Source of the DNA: Chloropicon primus
Taxonomy: Eukaryota
Assembly (NCBI GenBank): GCA_023205875.1
Contig: CP060770.1
Coordinates: forward strand, 372,001-436,000
Direction of reading: 5' to 3'
DNA: 64,000 bases
Part shown: positions 57,770 through 64,000 of the stretch, one piece after another
Layout of the letters: every line of letters starts with the position of its first letter
How positions within the stretch are numbered: position 1 is the first letter of the stretch
The notes under the pieces: model-generated
Told to the model about the DNA's origin: nothing
The model's input: the letters and a program-made list of their open reading frames with translations, nothing else
Database searches by the model: none
Translations under genes and position numbers: made by a program

Positions 57770-58051
57770 ACAATGGTAGATGGTAGGATGGACTCCAGCA
57801 GCAGGAGCAGCAGCACGATTTGCACGTTGGCCAGCAGGCAGGCAAGGCAGGGCCAAGGCCCACTCGTATTATAAGGCAGCAGCAGAGCAGCAGCCAGCAG
57901 CATTATTGTTATTGTTTCTTCTTATGATTTGGTTGGATTGATTCTCATCATCGCACGAGACAAAGACTCCTCTCCTCGTCACCTATTCCTGTTCTGGTTC
58001 TTCGAACAAGAAGAAAACGTGCTCTTGCTCTTGCTCTTGCTCTCCTCCTTA

Positions 58052-60115
58052 CTACTTGACAACGGGCTTGCCGTTGATGGAGGACTTCTCCAGGTTGATC
58101 TGGACCTCCACCACGCTCATCTTCTTCGTCTTTGGATCGCCGCGTAGTCCCGTGATGTGCCTGACCTTGCGAGGCATGCCTTGGGCCGCCCCGACCTTGG
58201 TCTGCGTGTCCGAGTCCCTGGACAGGTACACCTGGGTCTCGACCTCCCTCCTGAAGTGGCTCTTGTCGGTCTGCCCGCTGTGGGTCTTCTTCTGCCTTAG
58301 GTTGGCCATCTGCAGGCCCCGTTTCCGCAAGTCCCACTCGTTCCAGCAGTAGTTTGGATCCACAAACTTCTCCACGTAATGCGTGGGCGTCTGCGTGCCG
58401 TACTCCTTGCTCTTCTCGCTCGCGTTGACCAACTGGCACACAAAGTCCACAGTCGCCCTGTCCGGGCTCAGCTTGAGCAGACTAATCAGCTGAGGCAGGC
58501 GGGTGACGCACTCCAGGGTCACCTGAGCCGTGTACCTCCCTGGGGTCTTGAGGAACTTGGTCCTGTACTTCTTCGAGGCGAAGGCGAACCACCTGTCCTG
58601 GGGGCTCTTCGTGCCGGCTGAGGCCCCGTCCCCCTCCGCGCCAGGGCTCGCCGCCTTGGCGCTCGTGCTCGAGTAGCTTGGCTCCAGGATGCAAACGCCA
58701 CATCTGGCCAGGCCCCTCCTCAGGATCTTGTCCTCCACGATGCTCACCGGGCAGTAACCGCCGTACTCGAAAACGTCGTACTCCCTCTCGTCGGCTGCCT
58801 CCTTTCCTTCCTCCTGGGGAGCCTTGGTCAGAGGCGAGGGCCAGGCCTGCATCACGTCCTTGACAACCTCGTCCTTCTCAATGGACTCCAAGTCGTTGTC
58901 ACCCTCCTCGTCCAGGTCCAGGAGGTCGTGGTCCTCCATACCTCCGGAGGCCTCGGCTTGCCTGAGCCTCCTGATGAAGGGGGGCTGCATGAACACCGCC
59001 AAGTCGCTCTCGGTCACTCCGCTGTCGTCCGAAAGCAACGTCCTCATGAAGGAGGACTCCTTGATCGCTTCCTCCCTGAAGCCCAAGTCCAGGCCTTCGA
59101 AGTAGAGCCTGCCAATCGAGTCGAACAGGGGATACACCGTGTCCTTGGAGACGGCGTGCTTCCCCTCCACCATCGTCTTGAGCTGAGCCAGAAGCATGCT
59201 GATCCTGTCGCTGTTCTCCGCGGAATCCACGCCGAGCGAGTTCCACTCCAGGCCCTGCTCCAGGCAGATGCACATGCTTTGCTCCGCGAGGGAAACCAAG
59301 TCGGAGACCTTCTCCTTCTCCGAGGACTCCACTTTCTCGAGCTTCTTCCACTTCCTTCTCGCGTTCGCGGCAATCAGGCTCAGGTGCTTGAGCAGCACCA
59401 CCACGTGCCAGGCTCCCTTCTGGGAAGCCAGCAGGGTCTTCTTCGAAGGGGAAAGGCTCCTCAGGCTATCCATGAACGTAGCGCTCTTGCCAGTGAACGA
59501 GTTGAAGCACAAGATGCCAACAACAAGCCTGCAAAGCTCTCCCAGCTGCTTCACCTTGTTGTCGTAAATGTCCAAGCAGAATGATCTCACGCTGTAGAGC
59601 GGGAACACGGACTCCAAAGCGGACCTCACCTCGTTGCGGATCTTTTGCTCCAGCTCGCTCTGCCTCTCCTCCCTCTCGATCCTGTCCTTGTAACTGAACT
59701 CCAAGCCGCGCTCGGACCAGTTGTACAAGTCCGCTGCCTCGATGGTGAAGTCCACCATGAGGTCGTACACTTTGGCGCACACTGCATTGGACGCCAAGGT
59801 ATCTTGAGCATTCAGCTTGGTCTTGGTGATCTCCTCCTGCAACGTGAATATCTTCTCCACCCTCCACTTCCTCTTCCCAGCGAGCAAGTCCCTACGTTCC
59901 CTCTTCTTCTCCCAATAAGCAATCTGCAGGGCCACAGTCTCCAGCATGCAGTCAGACTCTGATGGAGCTGCTGCTTCTTGTCCGCCCTCCGCGTTAGGTG
60001 CGCACCCCAACGCCGCTTGAATACGCTGGCACACCGCCTGGGACATCTCGTCCAGGCTCGACGGACCTGAACCAAACACCAACACCAACACCAACACCAA
60101 CACCAACACCAACCA

Positions 60116-60146
<31 letters not shown>

Positions 60147-60593
60147 GGGTCAGCAATCAATGGAAATGGATCAATGCATGCATGCACCAATGAATGCATG
60201 AAGCTGGCTTGCCCCCGTTGCTGCTTCAAGAGCAAGGCCCAACCCCGAGAGAGGGAAGCCCAAGTGGCCGCGTACCACCAGGACAGGCACAAGTGTGTGT
60301 GTGTGTAGGAGGGAGGGAGGAGGGTGAATGATTGAGAGGAGCTTACCTGGAAGACCGTGTGCTCTCTTGAGGTGGAGAGTAATCGTAAGAAAGGCACAGA
60401 ATGCTTCACTGGGTGACAGGAATATGTCTTGGAGCATTGTGGGTTCCAAGAGGCAAGCAGAGCTACCAAACTTTCCACTGGAGGAAGTCGTCTCCTTGGA
60501 CTTGGACTTTTGCTTGTCCCTGGCCTCATCCTGCATCTCACGGCTCCGCCTCACGGCCTCGCTCACCGTGTAAAGGATCTCGTCCGTGTCCAT
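58052..60593 (-). CDS. CFAP206: Cilia- and flagella-associated protein 206. Exons 60593-60347, 60066-58052
   Basis: ALESVFP, QLGELCRLVVGI..FN, VYPLF, EYGGYCPVS, GTQTPTH...DPNY.WNEWDLR...ANLR.KKTHS.QT..SHFRRE..TQ; in-frame splice. Confidence 0.88.
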
Positions 60594-61279
60594 GGCTTCA
60601 AACGTTTCCTACAACCCAAACTTTCGAGTCTCTATCCTCACAACCGAGACACCTTGGACCGAAATCCGTCGTGTGATGACTCTATCGAAAGCCCGTCACT
60701 TGCCGCTTCCAATGACACCAACCTCACGCTCTCTGCTTCACCGAAGCGTCGTTCAGACCCACTCAAAGTTGTCCGCCTTTGAAAAACCTGGCCACACCTT
60801 GAGAGGAACTTGTCCATGGGATGAGCGCCCCAAACTGACTTTGACTCACCTCTTGTACTTTCTCCCCACGAAGTTACCTCTTCTGTAGTTTTACCACGTG
60901 GGACCAACTTCTTGGAAAGAACGTGGGGGAGGGAGCGTCGCCCTGCATTTTGCAAATTTTCGAACGTTGACTCCTTCCTGTTTTCTCCGCACGACGTTTG
61001 GCTCCATGTGCAGGAAGAACTCCACCTTTGACGTTTCTCGTCGAATGCTTCCTTTTCATGTTCTCCGAGGGAGGAGAACGCCCCAAGCGAGGTGAGCAAG
61101 CCCAGGAACGAAACTTTCTGGCATCAGACACTGCGCCAGGAGCAAGGAGACCAGTTTAGTTCCTTGACCACATTATCGACTAAACAGTGTGCTTCAATCC
61201 TTTCCTCAGGCAATAAAACTGCAAAGGGCCCTGAACTTTTTGTCCTGTTCTGTTCTGTTGTTTTGACAAAGCACAACCC

Positions 61280-62988
61280 ATGGGGAAGGGTACTTCAGGG
61301 GCAAGCTCCAACCAAACGAGCTCCGCAAAGGTGGCTCTCATTCTCGTCGGAAGGTGAGTTCGTACGATGATGAAAGGAATGGAGTGAACAAAAACATAAA
61401 ATTTTGCCCCCCCAAAAAACGACGTGACGTCCGTCCACACTCTTCTTCTTCTTCTTCTTCTTCTTCTTCTTCTTCAGAGGACTGACTCGGTTTCGTTTGC
61501 TTCCTTGAATGGGACTCGTCCAATTAACTTTGAACCTTTTCACTTGAATTGTCTTGCAGTTCTTTCGGCAATGTGTTTGCGGATGATGTGTACAACCACG
61601 GGGACTACAAGTTCCTTATCACTTCGAACGACGGTGAGAAGCGCCACGTGACGACTATGTTGATAGGATTGGGTGGTATACCTGTGATAGACTACTGGTT
61701 ACTCACTGCCCAGCAGAGCAAAAGGTTGCAGCCTTTGGATGACAACTTGTACATTGTCGCAAACAAGGACAACATCGATGAGTTTGAGGCTTGGGCAAAC
61801 GATAAGTACAAGAAGAGGTTGTGGTGCAACGAGGCGACCAAGTTCGATAGGGAGTATCTGAACACGTTGCAGGACGTTGCCGCTTTGGTCAAGTCCAAGG
61901 GTCTGGACAAGGACTTCACGCACTTGTGCATCATTGATGGCAATTGTTGCTTCTCGCCAGACTTTAACTTGACTAGGATCATCGAGCACAGTTTTATTAG
62001 GGACACCGACGCTATCACGACGTTCAAGATGCCCAAGCCTTCCAGTATCGCTGGAAAGTTGACGAACAACACCGACAAGGTCGTCGTTCATGTGGACCCT
62101 AACGCTAACAGCAACCCAGAAGTCTTCGCAATCGACGAGGCCGTGAGCCCAAGCGATGCAGGAAACATCCCAGAGGACTCTTACTTGATGGGCAACGTGT
62201 ATTACGTTCACGCCAACAGCGTGTCTGCTTTGGTGGAGGCCGCCAACGACAAGGAGAACGTTTCCATCAGCGCGAGGTTTGCTGCGGGCAGCATGGTGGA
62301 CTTTTTCAGGAAGAGGCTCAAGGAGGGTCACAAGGTTTACGCCCACGAGTGCAAGCACGTCCTTTGCCTGAACACGTTGAACCAGTTCAAGTTCGCGGAC
62401 TCTTTCTTCAAGTTCTATGCCTCTCAGGTGAGGAAGGCCATTGAGGACCAGAAGCAGAAGCACAACGACACGAACATGGCGGAGAACTTCAAGACCGAGT
62501 TCAGCGCAACGGAGAGGAAGAAGAAGGAGATGTACGAAAAATACGAAAAGAAGCTGTCGCAGACGAACCACATCATTCCCGTCTACGTCGTGAAGCAGGA
62601 GCTTGCGAGGTCGACCTTGGACACAGATCAGATCATGTCGGAATTCGAGAGCCATTATGCGACAATCTCTCAGAACCAGCGCAACGTGACCCTCACGAAA
62701 GGAAAGAGCGGCGCCATGCAGGTGCAGCCTCAGGAGAAGAAGTACACGCTGCCGCAACGATTTTGTGACACGAGCACGTGGAAGCATCAGCCAGTGAAGC
62801 AGCATTCGGTGTTCACGACCACGAACTCGACTTATGGCCTCAAGGCCCCCTCACCGCAGACAATGCCAGGCCTCTTTGCTGGAATTAATGGATCCTTCAC
62901 CACCCACTTCCCGGGCCTGTACAAGTCCTCCGGATTTAACACGGCGAAGACGACGTCCAAGGTGCACAAGTCTTTGGACGACTTTTGA
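61280..62988 (+). CDS. FAP182: FAP182-like protein: degenerate nucleotidyltransferase-like N-domain plus C-terminal PIERCE/DUF4490 microtubule-inner-protein motif. Exons 61280-61353, 61560-62988
   Basis: Exon 1 ends KVALILVG; then LIGLGGIPVIDYW and IIDGN (NTP-transferase-like). The C-terminus QHSVFTTTNSTYG.KAP....MP.......F......Y...GFNT resembles PIERCE1/2. Confidence 0.72.
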
Positions 62989-63234
62989 GGGCGCACTTGA
63001 CTCCCTTGAGACATTCTTTGTAATATAGACGCCAGCCTTCATGATGATAACACCCGGCCATGTCCATGTCCTCGGCTCAGTCCTCGGCTCGCTCGCCTCG
63101 ATCGATCGTGCGTTACCGGAATGAAGGGGAACGCGGACCTCATCAGATCAGGAGAAAAGGTGTCGAGAAGAGAAGAGGAGGAGGAAAGAAGGAGGACGAG
63201 GAGGTTCATGACAAGGGATTTATTCGTTTTGTGC

Positions 63235-64000
63235 CTAAAAATAATTCTCCTCGATCCACTGAAGGATGTGCTGGTGATCATGATTCTTCGCAGAACGTTT
63301 GCACATTGCTGGGTACCAAGGGCAAGGCGGATCCTGGCTTCGAAGCCACTGCAGAACATCAAGGTGACCTCCTCCAGCTGCATCTCTACAAGTCTCGTAC
63401 TTCCAAGGGCAAGGCGGGTCCTGGCTTCGAGCCCACTGCAGAACATCAAGGTGGCCTCTGTAAGCTGCAGAAGAACAAGTCTCCCCGTTCCAAGGGCAAG
63501 GCGGATTCTGGCTTCGAGCCCACTGCAGAACATCAAGGTGACCTCCTCCAGCTGCATCTCTACAAGTCTCGTACTTCCAAGGGCAAGGCGGGTCCTGGCT
63601 TCGAGCCCACTGCAGAACATCAAGGTGACCTCCTCCAGCTGCCCCAAAACAAGTCCTCTCGTCCCAAGGGCAAGGCGGGTCCTGGCTTCGAGCCCACTGC
63701 AGAACATCAAGGTGACCTCCTCCAGCTGCCCCCAAACAAGTCCCCTCGTCCCAAGGGCAAGGCGGATTCTGGCTTCGAGCCCACTGCAGAACATCAAGGT
63801 GACCTCCTCCAGCTGCCCCAAAACAAGTCCCCGCGTCCCAAGGGCAAGGCGGGTCCTGGCTTCGAGCCCACTTCAGAACATCAAGGTGACCTTCGTTGGC
63901 TGCCCAAGCGCAAGCCCACCTGTCCCAAGGGCAAGGCGGATTCTGCCTTCGAGCCCACTGCAGAACATCAAGGTAACCTTCTCCAGCTGCATTATAACAA
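63235..64000 (-). CDS. Ankyrin-like 29-aa repeat protein (GHLDVLQWARSQDPPCPW type), 5' end beyond the window
   Basis: Manual translation shows the frame open from 63999 to the stop at 63235; at least 8 units with an 87-nt period. Confidence 0.9.
   Translation of the reverse strand, partial: CYNAAGEGYLDVLQWARRQNPPCPWDRWACAWAANEGHLDVLKWARSQDPPCPWDAGTCFGAAGGGHLDVLQWARSQNPPCPWDEGTCLGAAGGGHLDVLQWARSQDPPCPWDERTCFGAAGGGHLDVLQWARSQDPPCPWKYETCRDAAGGGHLDVLQWARSQNPPCPWNGETCSSAAYRGHLDVLQWARSQDPPCPWKYETCRDAAGGGHLDVLQWLRSQDPPCPWYPAMCKRSAKNHDHQHILQWIEENYF

Noticed and set aside
60067..60541. ORF-track N-terminus of CFAP206 (hydrophobic LVLVLV stretch suggesting a TM helix)
   Set aside because: It derives from intronic microsatellites; the spliced model from ATG 60593 is in frame.
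63039..63821. 260-aa alternative-frame repeat ORF (LEEVTLMFCSGLEAR...)
   Set aside because: An off-frame reading of the ankyrin-like array, kept open by the repeat periodicity.

Overview
Gene-dense, GC-rich eukaryotic nuclear DNA with short GT-AG introns, TGTAA poly(A)-type signals and plastid-targeted genes. It is most consistent with a compact green-algal picoplankton genome; a Chloropicon-like source is my inference and is not verified. About 25 protein-coding genes are recognisable: UTP20 (3'-truncated), a tandem rhodanese protein, an ABCB transporter, TMX2, lysA, RPS7, PP2A-B55, CDKAL1, two secreted Pro-rich proteins, an ALKBH5-like dioxygenase, a PWWP-PHD-Dam-like N6-adenine methyltransferase-zfCW protein, ALG14, miaA, an ADP1-like ABCG, a secreted Cys-repeat protein, a histone-fold protein, RPL26, NDOR1, GID8, DOHH, a double-GT29 sialyltransferase-like protein, a CAS-like protein, CFAP206, a FAP182/PIERCE-like protein and a 5'-truncated ankyrin-like repeat gene. 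The best candidate for a novel system is at 26.7-33.4 kb. There an ALKBH5-like putative N6-methyladenine eraser with a Tudor-like N-terminus sits about 490 bp upstream of, and co-oriented with, a phage-Dam-type N6-adenine methyltransferase carrying three chromatin-reader domains. Other points of note are a head-to-head pair of axonemal genes, several 120-206 bp intergenic tandem and inverted duplications, a recurrent GTAACG/CGTTAC promoter motif, and a homogenised ankyrin array with hypervariable positions. All protein assignments come from recalled motifs, not database searches.
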